Assembly: GCA_029856155.1 (NCBI GenBank)
Contig: JAHQWL010000093.1
Span: 1-64,000, forward strand
Origin: Promethearchaeia archaeon
GTDB lineage: Archaea; Asgardarchaeota; Lokiarchaeia; Sigyniarchaeales; SOKP01
Length of the DNA stretch: 64,000 nt
Direction: 5' to 3'
Shown: in pieces, positions 29,443 through 38,993 of the stretch
Position numbering within the stretch: the stretch's first letter is position 1
Layout of the letters: each line of letters starts with the position of its first letter
Position numbers and translations under genes: made by a program
The notes under the pieces: generated by a model
Told to the model about the DNA's origin: nothing
Database searches by the model: none
The model's input: the letters and a program-made list of their open reading frames with translations, nothing else

Positions 29443-30441
29443 ATGGAAAAAACCAAAGTACTTGTTCTTGGATCACTAGCTTATGATTATATAATGGGTT
29501 TCAAAGAAAGTTTTATTAATGCTGTGTCAATTGACCATGATAAAGAAGAATATCAAAGTACTGTGACTGCAGACAGTCGATATCAATTTTTTGGAGGAAC
29601 AGCGGGTAATATTGCTTACAACCTAGGATTATTAAATTTAGCAAAAGTATCGTTATTAGGCTCAGTAGGAATTGATTTTGAGAGATTAGGGTATAAGGAT
29701 CATATAAACCAATTTAAAAATATAGATTTACTTGTTGATGTGTATGATAATTTATTCACGGCAGCTTGTTATATTGTGAATGATATTAAATCAAATCAAA
29801 TGATCATTTTTCATGGTGGTGCTTTAGACAAATGTAAGGACATCAATTTAAAGGAAAAAATTGCACATCCAGAGGATTTTATATACGCAATAAACTCAAC
29901 CCAGAGTGTAGAAGCTATGACAAATTTTGCTATTCAATTAAGTGATTTAAAGATACCATCAATATTTGATCCTGGTCAAGTTACACCACTTTTCCAAAAA
30001 GAAAGTCTAATAGAGATACTTAAAAAGTCAGAAATTTTAATTGGCAATACTCATGAGATAAAAAAAATTAAGGAGAAATCTGAATTAACTGAAGAGACAA
30101 TACTTAAACATGTTAAAGCTATTATTAAGACAATGGGTCCTAAAGGTTCTGAATTAATCTATACAGATAATAAAGATAAAATTTTTAGGATTCACATCCC
30201 CATAGCATCTCCAAAGAAGGTTAAAGATACTACTGGTGCGGGTGATGGATACCGTGCAGGAATATTATCAGGATTAACTCTAAATATGACATTATTGGAC
30301 TCTTGCCGGTTAGGAGCAATAATAGGATCATTTGTTGTTGAAACTAATGGAGCTCAAACGCAAAAGTTTAATCTTTATAAAGTAAGAGAAAGATTCTTGA
30401 AAACTTTTGGTTATCTTCCTCCAGAATTAGAAAATATATAA
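29443..30441 (+). CDS. PfkB-family nucleoside (adenosine) kinase
   Basis: GSLAYD, FGGTAGNIAY, FDPGQ, DTTGAGDGYRAG; lies between mtnP and apt. Confidence 0.87.
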   Translation: MEKTKVLVLGSLAYDYIMGFKESFINAVSIDHDKEEYQSTVTADSRYQFFGGTAGNIAYNLGLLNLAKVSLLGSVGIDFERLGYKDHINQFKNIDLLVDVYDNLFTAACYIVNDIKSNQMIIFHGGALDKCKDINLKEKIAHPEDFIYAINSTQSVEAMTNFAIQLSDLKIPSIFDPGQVTPLFQKESLIEILKKSEILIGNTHEIKKIKEKSELTEETILKHVKAIIKTMGPKGSELIYTDNKDKIFRIHIPIASPKKVKDTTGAGDGYRAGILSGLTLNMTLLDSCRLGAIIGSFVVETNGAQTQKFNLYKVRERFLKTFGYLPPELENI

Positions 30442-30492
30442 AAAAATTAAAGTAATTTAAAATCTCTTTAACTAGGTCAGTTTAAAGTTTCT

Positions 30493-31026
30493 TTACTCTT
30501 CAACAGGAATTTTCGTTAGTGAAAGGACATCGTAACCGATTAATTTATCTCTACCATGTAAACTTCCTGTTAGTTCGATTACAAAAGCTACACCTACTAC
30601 TTCACCACCTGCTTTTTCTACTAGATTGCATGCTGCTTTAGCTGTTCCACCAGTTGCTAATAAATCATCGAACACCAATACTTTATCTCCTTTTTCAATT
30701 GCATCAGTATGCATTTCAATACTATCTGTTCCATATTCAAGTTCATACGTTTCACTTAGGGTATTGTATGGTAATTTCCCCGGTTTTCTAATAAGAACAA
30801 ATCCAGCACCTAATTGATAGGCTAAAACTCCGCCCCATACATAACCACGAGCCTCAATAGCAGCTACTTTCGTAATTCCTTTATCTCTATAGTTATTAAT
30901 AATTCTATCACAAGATTCTTTGAATGGGGTGTGAGCTTTACATAAAGTTGTGATGTCTTTAAATTGGATTCCTGGTTTTGGCCAGTCTGGAACATTTCTA
31001 ATATGTTTTAATAGCTTATCTTCCAT
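30493..31026 (-). CDS. apt: Adenine phosphoribosyltransferase
   Basis: DWPKPGIQFKDIT, EARG, RKPGKLP, LEYG, FDDLLATGGT. Confidence 0.96.
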   Translation of the reverse strand: MEDKLLKHIRNVPDWPKPGIQFKDITTLCKAHTPFKESCDRIINNYRDKGITKVAAIEARGYVWGGVLAYQLGAGFVLIRKPGKLPYNTLSETYELEYGTDSIEMHTDAIEKGDKVLVFDDLLATGGTAKAACNLVEKAGGEVVGVAFVIELTGSLHGRDKLIGYDVLSLTKIPVEE

Positions 31027-31046
31027 TTTTTATCCATTCCATTCCA

Positions 31047-31138
31047 TTATTTCTTAAATTGATTTTTATTCATGTATTGTATTTATTTATTTCTTAAATT
31101 GATTTTTATTCATGTATTGTATTTATTTATTTCTTAAA
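31047..31138. repeat. 40-bp tandem direct repeat (~2.3 copies)
   Basis: TTCTTAAATTGATTTTTATTCATGTATTGTATTTATTTAT at 31051-31090 and 31091-31130, plus partial flanking copies. Confidence 0.9.
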
Positions 31139-31260
31139 ACGATTTTTTTGAATAAACCTTAATTTACTTTTAATAATTAGAAAAAATTAAATAAAAATTA
31201 AAGTATAAGAAATATATTAAAGATAAATAAAAAATAAATTGTAAATCTGGTTATATTTAA

Positions 31261-32217
31261 ATGAAGATCTTACTTTTTGGGCCAGCTGGAGCAGGCAAGA
31301 CATCTCTAATGCGAACAACTTGTTTAGGATATAACTTTATGAAAGTTTTAAATTTAAAACCGACTAAAGGAGTTTCAAGAGAAAATTTTATCTTTCGTGG
31401 TATTATGGAACTTAATGTATGGGATCTTGGCGGACAGGAAAGATATATGGAACGGTACTTTTCTGAATCTCAACGTGAACTGATTTTTTCAGAAGCAACT
31501 ACAGCTGTTTTCATGGTTGATTCTTCAGCAATTGATCATGAAGTACGTGACATTTTTGATAAATTCTTAAAATATGTATTTGAATTTTCTCCTAAAATCA
31601 ATATGATCTATGTTTTGTTAAACAAAATTGATTTACAGGAATCGAAGGAAGATGAATATTATGAAATATTAACAAAAGATCTAGATGGTGGATTAATAAA
31701 AAAGCTTTCTTTTACACCAGTCTCTGTAAAAGAAGGTAGTGCTCAGCATAGATTAATTGAAATTCTTGATTTTGAAATTCAAAAGAATACTCTTTCAATG
31801 CAACGATTAGGAAAAATACGTCACTTATTGGATGAGCTGAAACTCAATACTTTATCAGAATATCTTTTATTCAATCAACCCGATGGTTTGTTAATTTCCT
31901 CTACATTTGGTAAATTTGAATTAAAACCACTACAGTTTATGAAATTCGAAATTGGAACTTTAGATTCTAATATTTACACCATTTATCAACAGATTATGGA
32001 ACTTCAGAATATTTCGAACCTTTCACCATTATCATTGTCAACTATTGTTTATGAATCAGATAATTGTTGGATTTTAGTGAAAGAAGTAAGTAATGGGGCC
32101 GTTCTAATGGCAGTAACAAGTAACAAACGGCGAGAAGTTTTTTCCAGTGTAATGAATGCACTGACAGGAGATTCTTTCAAAAATTTAATATTATATTTGA
32201 AATCTTCTGAATATTAA
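31261..32217 (+). CDS. Rag/Gtr1-like GTPase with C-terminal roadblock-like domain
   Basis: KILLFGPAGAGKTSLM, PT (G2), LNVWDLGGQERYMERYF...RELIFS, NKID; C-terminal alpha/beta segment LLFNQPDGLLISS...VLMAVT. Confidence 0.85.
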   Translation: MKILLFGPAGAGKTSLMRTTCLGYNFMKVLNLKPTKGVSRENFIFRGIMELNVWDLGGQERYMERYFSESQRELIFSEATTAVFMVDSSAIDHEVRDIFDKFLKYVFEFSPKINMIYVLLNKIDLQESKEDEYYEILTKDLDGGLIKKLSFTPVSVKEGSAQHRLIEILDFEIQKNTLSMQRLGKIRHLLDELKLNTLSEYLLFNQPDGLLISSTFGKFELKPLQFMKFEIGTLDSNIYTIYQQIMELQNISNLSPLSLSTIVYESDNCWILVKEVSNGAVLMAVTSNKRREVFSSVMNALTGDSFKNLILYLKSSEY

Positions 32218-32284
32218 TTTTTAAGCTAAAAAATAGAAAAATAAAAATTTGATTTTTAGGAAGTTTTTATTTATTTTTATTATA

Positions 32285-33127
32285 CTATTGTTCTTTATCA
32301 TATAATCCAATTTTAGTTAAAAAATGTTGTTTTGCATGGTGAGGTCTTCTAATTACTGTATTGTTATATTTCTCAATTTCTCTCGCTTTATCACACATTA
32401 AAGCCGCAGTTCTCATCATTTCATGAGCTGCAGCTAATAATGGTATATATTCAGATCTTTCTTTTAGTTGAAAACAAGCTTTTCCAGTGACCCTAGAAAC
32501 TGAAGCAGCTAATTCAAAAGCCGCGATTGCTTTGGCTTTTGCATAGGGATTCGAGAAATTTGCTGCTTCTGAAGCAATGTTTGCATCAATAATGATTTGA
32601 GGTAAAGTAGGTGATCTAGATTCAAGCATATCTAAAATTACTTTATTTAACTCTTCAGCAATTACTTGGAGTGCTCCAGTGATTGCTAGAACTTTCAGTA
32701 AATCTGAATTAAATATACTCATTTCAATTTGATCAAGGAAAGGTCTACGTGCTCCGATCATACTGTCACAATTTACTAGTATATAACCCATGTTCTTTTC
32801 CTTTATTTCTTCTACTGCTTTTTTAGCAGGTGCGTCAGAAATCACTATAGTTGGAATCTCACCAGCCATTTCTCTAGCAGCTTTCGGCCCAGGTAAAGCA
32901 GCATTTGGACTTGACATAATTAATAATTCTGGTTCAAATTCAAGTAAATTTTTCATGGCATCTATACAATGGTCTGCTGGATGCATTTTTGCCCCAGAAG
33001 TTACTTCCCTTACGTTAATTCTCGTAGCTTCTGCTCTCTCGTCCATTAAAAAAGCTAATAGCAAAGATGAGCCAATGGTCCCATTTTTCAGAATACCTAT
33101 CTTAAGTATTTTACCTTCTTCGCTCAT
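32285..33127 (-). CDS. mtd: F420-dependent methylene-H4MPT dehydrogenase
   Basis: DERA, SGAKM, SPNAALPGPKAARE, DSMIGARRPFLD, FSNPYAKAKA, AAHEMMR; ATG at 33127. Confidence 0.95.
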   Translation of the reverse strand: MSEEGKILKIGILKNGTIGSSLLLAFLMDERAEATRINVREVTSGAKMHPADHCIDAMKNLLEFEPELLIMSSPNAALPGPKAAREMAGEIPTIVISDAPAKKAVEEIKEKNMGYILVNCDSMIGARRPFLDQIEMSIFNSDLLKVLAITGALQVIAEELNKVILDMLESRSPTLPQIIIDANIASEAANFSNPYAKAKAIAAFELAASVSRVTGKACFQLKERSEYIPLLAAAHEMMRTAALMCDKAREIEKYNNTVIRRPHHAKQHFLTKIGLYDKEQ

Positions 33128-33299
33128 TTTAAACACCTAATTTTATAATTTCAAATTATAATATTAAAAATATATAACCTTACAATTTTTCAATGTTTTT
33201 ATTTTTTTTTTAAAATTTTATATAAAATAGAATGCTATAAGATAATACAAATTATAAAAAATTTAATGATTAATTTCGACTTTAAGGGAAGTAAATATA

Positions 33300-34214
33300 A
33301 TGGAGATAAATGGTGTAGAGATTGAAAAAAATGCCTTTTGTGAAGCATTTGGGGCTGTTTTTAGCAGAATTTTAGTAACTGCTAAAAATGAAAAATGGGC
33401 TAAAATTGCTGCTCAAATTACAACTGGATATGGAACCTCCACTATTCATTGTGATGCAGAAGCCGGAATAGATTTATATGTTTCACCAGAAAAAACTCCT
33501 GACCACCATCCAGGAGTAATTTTAATGTTCTTTAAAAACAAAAAAGAAGAAATGAGTAAAGTAGTTATGAATCGCGTAGGACAGTGTGTTTTTACTTGCC
33601 CTACCACAGCATGTTTTGACGCCTTAGATATTTCCTTAGATCCAGAGAAAATATTTGAAATAAAATTAGGAGCAAATTTAAAATTTTTTGGTGATGGGTT
33701 TCAAACAAAAGTTGAAGGTAAATATCCTTTCGAAGCGTGGTCAATTCCAGTTATGGAAGGAGAATTTATAGTTCAAAGTACTGCTAAAGTTGGGAAGGGA
33801 ATTGCCGGGGGAAACTTTTTGATAATTGGAAAAGATCAAGACTCTACATTAGAAGCCGCCCAAAAGGCAATAGATGCTGTAAAAGATGTTCCTAATGTAA
33901 TAGCCCCATTTCCCGGGGGTATAGTACGTTCTGGTTCGAAGGTTGGCTCAAAGTATAGCTTTCTTAATGCTTCTACCAATGAACCACTCTGTCCAATGCT
34001 AAGAGAAAAAATAGACAATTCCCAATTAAGAAAAGGAGATAATTGCGTCTATGAAATCATTTTTGATGGAGCAACTGAAAAAGCCATTAAAACAGCAATG
34101 AAGTTGGGAATTGAAGCAGCAGTTAAAGTTCCAGGGATAAATCGTATATCTGCAGGGAATTATGGAGGAAATCTTGGTAAGTTTCAGTACAATCTACATG
34201 AACTCTTAGGATAA
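33300..34214 (+). CDS. ftr: Formylmethanofuran:H4MPT formyltransferase
   Basis: MEINGVEIE, CDAEAG, RVGQCVFTCPT, FFGDG, FPGGIVRSGSK, ISAGNYGGNLG. Confidence 0.96.
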   Translation: MEINGVEIEKNAFCEAFGAVFSRILVTAKNEKWAKIAAQITTGYGTSTIHCDAEAGIDLYVSPEKTPDHHPGVILMFFKNKKEEMSKVVMNRVGQCVFTCPTTACFDALDISLDPEKIFEIKLGANLKFFGDGFQTKVEGKYPFEAWSIPVMEGEFIVQSTAKVGKGIAGGNFLIIGKDQDSTLEAAQKAIDAVKDVPNVIAPFPGGIVRSGSKVGSKYSFLNASTNEPLCPMLREKIDNSQLRKGDNCVYEIIFDGATEKAIKTAMKLGIEAAVKVPGINRISAGNYGGNLGKFQYNLHELLG

Positions 34215-34263
34215 GGCAAAAATTAATAATTTTGAAGAAATAAAAAAATAAAAGTCATTCTAA

Positions 34264-35964
34264 TTATAATTTTCTTTTTATTTTTCGTTTAGGAATTCCC
34301 TCTTTTTCCTCATCTTTGTCAAGTTCAAATTCTTCAATTTCTTTTTCTTCAAGTTCCTCTTTATTTGATTTTGATTTTTCTTTTTTCTTAGGAAATGCCT
34401 TTTTAGTAGTTGTTTCTTTCTTTTTATGAATAGTCTTTTGAGATTCTCTAAATTTAGTCTTGAAATAACCATAAATGATGCCAATACCTGAAAGAATCCC
34501 AATACTTAATCCTGCAAAAAACAAAATCCATGGTAAAAAATTACTTAAAACATCTGGGATAATTGTGATTCCTTGAGGTGCTTTATCGTAGTCATCAATA
34601 AGACTTGTAACTGCACCATCTGAATCTACAACATAAAGATATACGAACCAAACCCCTGCTATTAAGTCATAAGTCCTGATTGTAATTTCAGTGTTTTGCC
34701 CTTTATATTCTCGAGTTATATTAAACCACTCATTATTTTTATTTATAAGCGCAACCTTAACATATGAAACTTTTTCTTTATCAGATATATTAAAATTAAA
34801 AACCATATTTCTACCATAATATATAGAAATAGCTTGATTCATACTTAATCCATTTATAGTATAACTATGAATTTCAGGGGCATTGTTCTTCACTGTTAGA
34901 AAAGTTTCTTTTGAAAAAGTTGCTCCATGTTGATCTCTCACTCTCACTTCAATCTTATATTTCCCAATAGGACTATGTGCTGGAATAATAAAGGTATCGG
35001 AAAATAAATTTTCACTATCAAATTCTATTAAATTTTGAAGCACTAAAGCACCTTCAGCATCATAAATATACATTGTAGGTACTAGATTTTTGGATAGAGT
35101 TTCTATATCAGTGGAATTAAATGAGATTGTACATTCCTCTGTTCTAAATATTTCATCAGAAGAAAATTCAATAATTGAGCTAATTATTGGATCATTATTT
35201 CTTACGTAAAACGGAAAATAAGCGGTTTCTTCTCTTCCACTATTTTTATCAGTCATATTTAATTGTATATAATAGAATTGATCTTTGTTAATGAAAGTCT
35301 CATTTTTTATCGGAAAAGTAAACTGAACAATTTTTTTTCCAAGGTCTAATAGATCATTTTGGACAAGTACATCTAAACTATCAACAAGAGTAACATTCCA
35401 TGTAAAATCATAAGTTGAAAAATTGCTTACTATCATTTCAGCATTTAAAAAATCTTCAATATAATATTCAGAACTATTTAGGTTTACTAAATAATTTGTC
35501 ACAATTGTGAAATTCGTGTAAGTAGTATGTAAATTTAATAATGTATTTGTCTCATTGTAAATTAGAAAACTTACATTCTGAAATCCTAACGGTGCATTAT
35601 ATTCGGGCTTATATTCATAGGAGTATTTATCATTACCCACAGAATTCATGTTATAATATCTTGTTGAACCATTGCTAAAGGAAATTTGCATTTTTGAGTG
35701 GTCCACGTCATCTATTTCAAATGTATCAATAGTGAAATTGACAGATTCAAACAAACGATAAATAGTTGTAGCATTTTGTTCTATTGTCCATAAAGGTAAA
35801 GCGTAATCTGCAATTTCAGGGCTAAAAAGTTCCTCATTTTGATAATAAATAGAATTTACATCAAGAAATTTTGAATTATTTATTGATATATTCGCAAGAC
35901 TAAAAAAAGAGCTGAAAAAAATAAAAAGAATTAGTACTTTTGTTTTATATTGTTTAGTTACCAA
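34264..35964 (-). CDS. Secreted beta-rich (Ig-like) type I membrane protein with K/E-rich cytoplasmic tail
   Basis: Signal peptide, repeated VRNNDPII / VKNNAPEI...G.Y...V.D modules, many NxS/T sites, one C-terminal TM. Confidence 0.75.
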   Translation of the reverse strand: MVTKQYKTKVLILFIFFSSFFSLANISINNSKFLDVNSIYYQNEELFSPEIADYALPLWTIEQNATTIYRLFESVNFTIDTFEIDDVDHSKMQISFSNGSTRYYNMNSVGNDKYSYEYKPEYNAPLGFQNVSFLIYNETNTLLNLHTTYTNFTIVTNYLVNLNSSEYYIEDFLNAEMIVSNFSTYDFTWNVTLVDSLDVLVQNDLLDLGKKIVQFTFPIKNETFINKDQFYYIQLNMTDKNSGREETAYFPFYVRNNDPIISSIIEFSSDEIFRTEECTISFNSTDIETLSKNLVPTMYIYDAEGALVLQNLIEFDSENLFSDTFIIPAHSPIGKYKIEVRVRDQHGATFSKETFLTVKNNAPEIHSYTINGLSMNQAISIYYGRNMVFNFNISDKEKVSYVKVALINKNNEWFNITREYKGQNTEITIRTYDLIAGVWFVYLYVVDSDGAVTSLIDDYDKAPQGITIIPDVLSNFLPWILFFAGLSIGILSGIGIIYGYFKTKFRESQKTIHKKKETTTKKAFPKKKEKSKSNKEELEEKEIEEFELDKDEEKEGIPKRKIKRKL

Positions 35965-35971
35965 AATATCA

Positions 35972-38767
35972 TCATCTTCTTAATTTCTTATGTTTTATAT
36001 CTTTATTCTTAAAATACAAAATAATTCCAATAGGCACAATAATAGGCAATAAATAGAATAAAATTAGATTTAATGTTGATAATTCAAGAGATGTTTCAAA
36101 ATAGAATAATGTGATTTCTTGATCTTGACTATCTGTTAACTTTACTCTATAACTCCTTATCCCAAATTCATAAGGATTTATAGTTGGTACAATTTTTGCT
36201 ACAATAATATTTTCACCAGTATTTAATTCTGCTATATTAGTCCCAAATTTTACATTATTTATATACAACGAGAACGCTTCTGAAATTTCTTGATTATTTT
36301 GGATTATAATTATTAAGTATGCAGTATCACCTTGTGGGATGCTTTGGGGAAATGTAGCGCTTATAATTTCAAACTTTGGCATAATTTCTACTGTAAACTT
36401 TTTTGAATAGTATTCTGTAGTGTTTATTGAAATTTTCATTTCTATTCTAATGGTATCATTTAATATCGATTCTAATGTTTTTAAATAGTATACTAAGTTT
36501 ACTATTTCTTTTTCGCTTAAACTTTCCTCTGAGATTATTTCTTCAATACAATTTTCGGTAATTCCCGTAAAACTTACATTTAGAGTTTGAGTTGCATTAG
36601 GGAGAAAATTTTTCAAATTTATAGACACAAATATATTTTCTCCCTTCACCACTTTATCTTGATAGAGTAGGTTACTATAGTCAAACGAATATCCAATTTC
36701 TATTACCTCTTTTATTTCTAAATAAATTATAGAACCTTTTTTTATTCTGAAAAATATTTCACTACTTCCTAGTTCTGCTCCAAATCTAGTTGTGAGGTTA
36801 AAATCTATCTGGATTATTTCTTCAATACTAGTAAAATTAATTTCTTGAGAAGGATAATTAACAATATCTTGCCCCACTATAGATGCTGTTAAGGTTAAAT
36901 TATCATTACGTGTATAATTTAGAAAAAGAGAAACATTTACGATTGGCCCCTGATATAAGATTCCTGGTAGGCCCTCAATTGATTCACTAATTAATCCTGA
37001 AATAACATTAAACCTTTTAAGAGTGTTTGTTAGTTTAAAGTATGTTGCATTAGCCCACACATAAATATAATATCCATCAATTATAGGTAAGGTTTCATTG
37101 ATTTCATAAGGAAGAGCATAAGAAGTTTTAGGGTCAAGAATTATATCATCAAATTGATAAAAAAATGTTCCATTAGGATACTTAAAAATATAATTAATAC
37201 TGTAATTAGTAATATCATGTTGTACAGTATAACGTCCATAAGACTCATTTTCAGGGTTATAATATTGGCCGATTTTTCTAAATGAATAGGTTGAAGTTAA
37301 ATTCATGACATCTTGATTCAAGATAAAAGATGGCACTTCTCCTGATACATTATATTTTACATTTAAAACTGTGTTATTATAAATTTCAAAAGCATTCAAA
37401 TAAGCCTTACTTAATTTAAGATTTGAGTTAAATGATTTAGTACTATTAGTGAAAGAAAAATCATAAGCGTGGTTAACTTTATCATATAGATTATTTTGGA
37501 TAGACTTGTATATTTCCAATGCCCTACTATAGTATGTTAAATTTCCTGTTACTTCAAAAAATTTCAAACAAGCACTCATCATTAGAGCATTATCGTTAAG
37601 GTTTAGACTATTATCAAAATCAGACCAATCAGGTCTAACAATTCTCTTGTAAAGATTTATAGTATCATTCCAGAAATGTGAATCTAAGCTATCATAAAGT
37701 CGAATTGCTCTTTTCAGATAAGTAGAATCATTTTCCATACCCGTTGCAAGCCAAAATTCTAACAATGTAATAATTCCTAAAGCATTTGTACTTAAATAAT
37801 AATAATCATCTTTTAACTCTGTAAACGCCCAATTTTCATTTCCTCGATGATAGAAAGCATTATCTGCTGAATCCCACATATAAGTATTAATATCATTCAT
37901 TGTTAGGTTTGCTAGTTCGTAAGCTCTAGATTGTATAACACTATCTAAACCGAGATCTTTATAAGTTCGATGAATTAAGAGATTTGCTAATATGCTATAA
38001 AAATTACTTTCAACATGCTTAGTATCCGAAGAATTGTAACTAAAAAATCCATTATATAAAAATCTATCATCCCAAAATTCAGAAGAATTTATTAAATAGA
38101 ACATTTCATTAATAGATTGCCTTGGAGTTGTTCCACTAACAGTGATAATATCAATTTCAGCACCAATATTTTCAATTAATAGGAAAATTGGTAATAAATT
38201 GTCAATTAGAGATCTATTGTTATTCAACAATTCGCCAGTTGTATCACCTATCGATTTAACAAAACCATATTTGAATTCATTAATATCACCATTATACCAA
38301 AGGGTAGTATCTTTTAAATCTAAATATATCTCATATGTTTGAATATCATCAATTTCCATTTTCATTAATGAGTTGTAATAGAGTAAATTATCTTCCGAGA
38401 AAATTGTACTATCGAGAATATCGCCATCTTGGTCTCCATATCTATAATAAAGATCAACCTCAAAATCTAAGTTAGATTGGTATTTATTTGTAAAAAAATT
38501 GCGTAATAGAGTAAAATTCTCTGTAAATGGATCTTGAAGCATTGAAGTTGCAGACGTAGTTTTCAAATTATTAAATATAGCATCAGAATTATCATTATTT
38601 TTGTTAGAAAGATTATCATCAGAAAATTTAATTCCAAAATAATTTCCGTTAACATATATAAAATTAAATATAACCAAAAATGTAAAGAATAAGCATACTA
38701 ATATTTTTAGTTCTTGTTTTTTCAACTTTCCCCTTTTTCTAATATTTGTCAAGTTCAAAAATCTCAT
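35972..38767 (-). CDS. Large surface protein with GH76/six-hairpin glycosidase-like domain, beta-sandwich repeats and C-terminal anchor
   Basis: Signal/TM; repeated helical units (WD..NGF, FWLATG..YLKRAIRLYD, FEVTGNLTYYSRA); C-terminal TM + KNKDIKHKKLRR. Confidence 0.7.
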   Translation of the reverse strand: MRFLNLTNIRKRGKLKKQELKILVCLFFTFLVIFNFIYVNGNYFGIKFSDDNLSNKNNDNSDAIFNNLKTTSATSMLQDPFTENFTLLRNFFTNKYQSNLDFEVDLYYRYGDQDGDILDSTIFSEDNLLYYNSLMKMEIDDIQTYEIYLDLKDTTLWYNGDINEFKYGFVKSIGDTTGELLNNNRSLIDNLLPIFLLIENIGAEIDIITVSGTTPRQSINEMFYLINSSEFWDDRFLYNGFFSYNSSDTKHVESNFYSILANLLIHRTYKDLGLDSVIQSRAYELANLTMNDINTYMWDSADNAFYHRGNENWAFTELKDDYYYLSTNALGIITLLEFWLATGMENDSTYLKRAIRLYDSLDSHFWNDTINLYKRIVRPDWSDFDNSLNLNDNALMMSACLKFFEVTGNLTYYSRALEIYKSIQNNLYDKVNHAYDFSFTNSTKSFNSNLKLSKAYLNAFEIYNNTVLNVKYNVSGEVPSFILNQDVMNLTSTYSFRKIGQYYNPENESYGRYTVQHDITNYSINYIFKYPNGTFFYQFDDIILDPKTSYALPYEINETLPIIDGYYIYVWANATYFKLTNTLKRFNVISGLISESIEGLPGILYQGPIVNVSLFLNYTRNDNLTLTASIVGQDIVNYPSQEINFTSIEEIIQIDFNLTTRFGAELGSSEIFFRIKKGSIIYLEIKEVIEIGYSFDYSNLLYQDKVVKGENIFVSINLKNFLPNATQTLNVSFTGITENCIEEIISEESLSEKEIVNLVYYLKTLESILNDTIRIEMKISINTTEYYSKKFTVEIMPKFEIISATFPQSIPQGDTAYLIIIIQNNQEISEAFSLYINNVKFGTNIAELNTGENIIVAKIVPTINPYEFGIRSYRVKLTDSQDQEITLFYFETSLELSTLNLILFYLLPIIVPIGIILYFKNKDIKHKKLRR

Positions 38768-38993
38768 ATTGACTTAAATAAGGCAAATAAATAAGTATTT
38801 ACCAATGTTTACTTTTTAAATTATATTTGTAAAAAATCCTTCTCTTTAAAATTTTTTTGGAAGGAAACATATAGATCAGAATATTTAGCAAAAGTGTAAG
38901 ATTTAATTCTTTTTTGTTGATTTTATGATTCTACAAATTGACTTTGAAACATGAGTCTTAAATTCTTTAAAAAAAGATTCTTAGAAGTAGAGA

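Noticed and set aside
31047-31138. Possible CRISPR array
   Set aside because: The units are directly adjacent with no unique spacers, and no cas genes are present
34264-34300. C-terminal dilysine ER-retrieval signals on the surface proteins
   Set aside because: Lys positions do not match KKxx/KxKxx, and basic tails are expected from the positive-inside rule and AT bias
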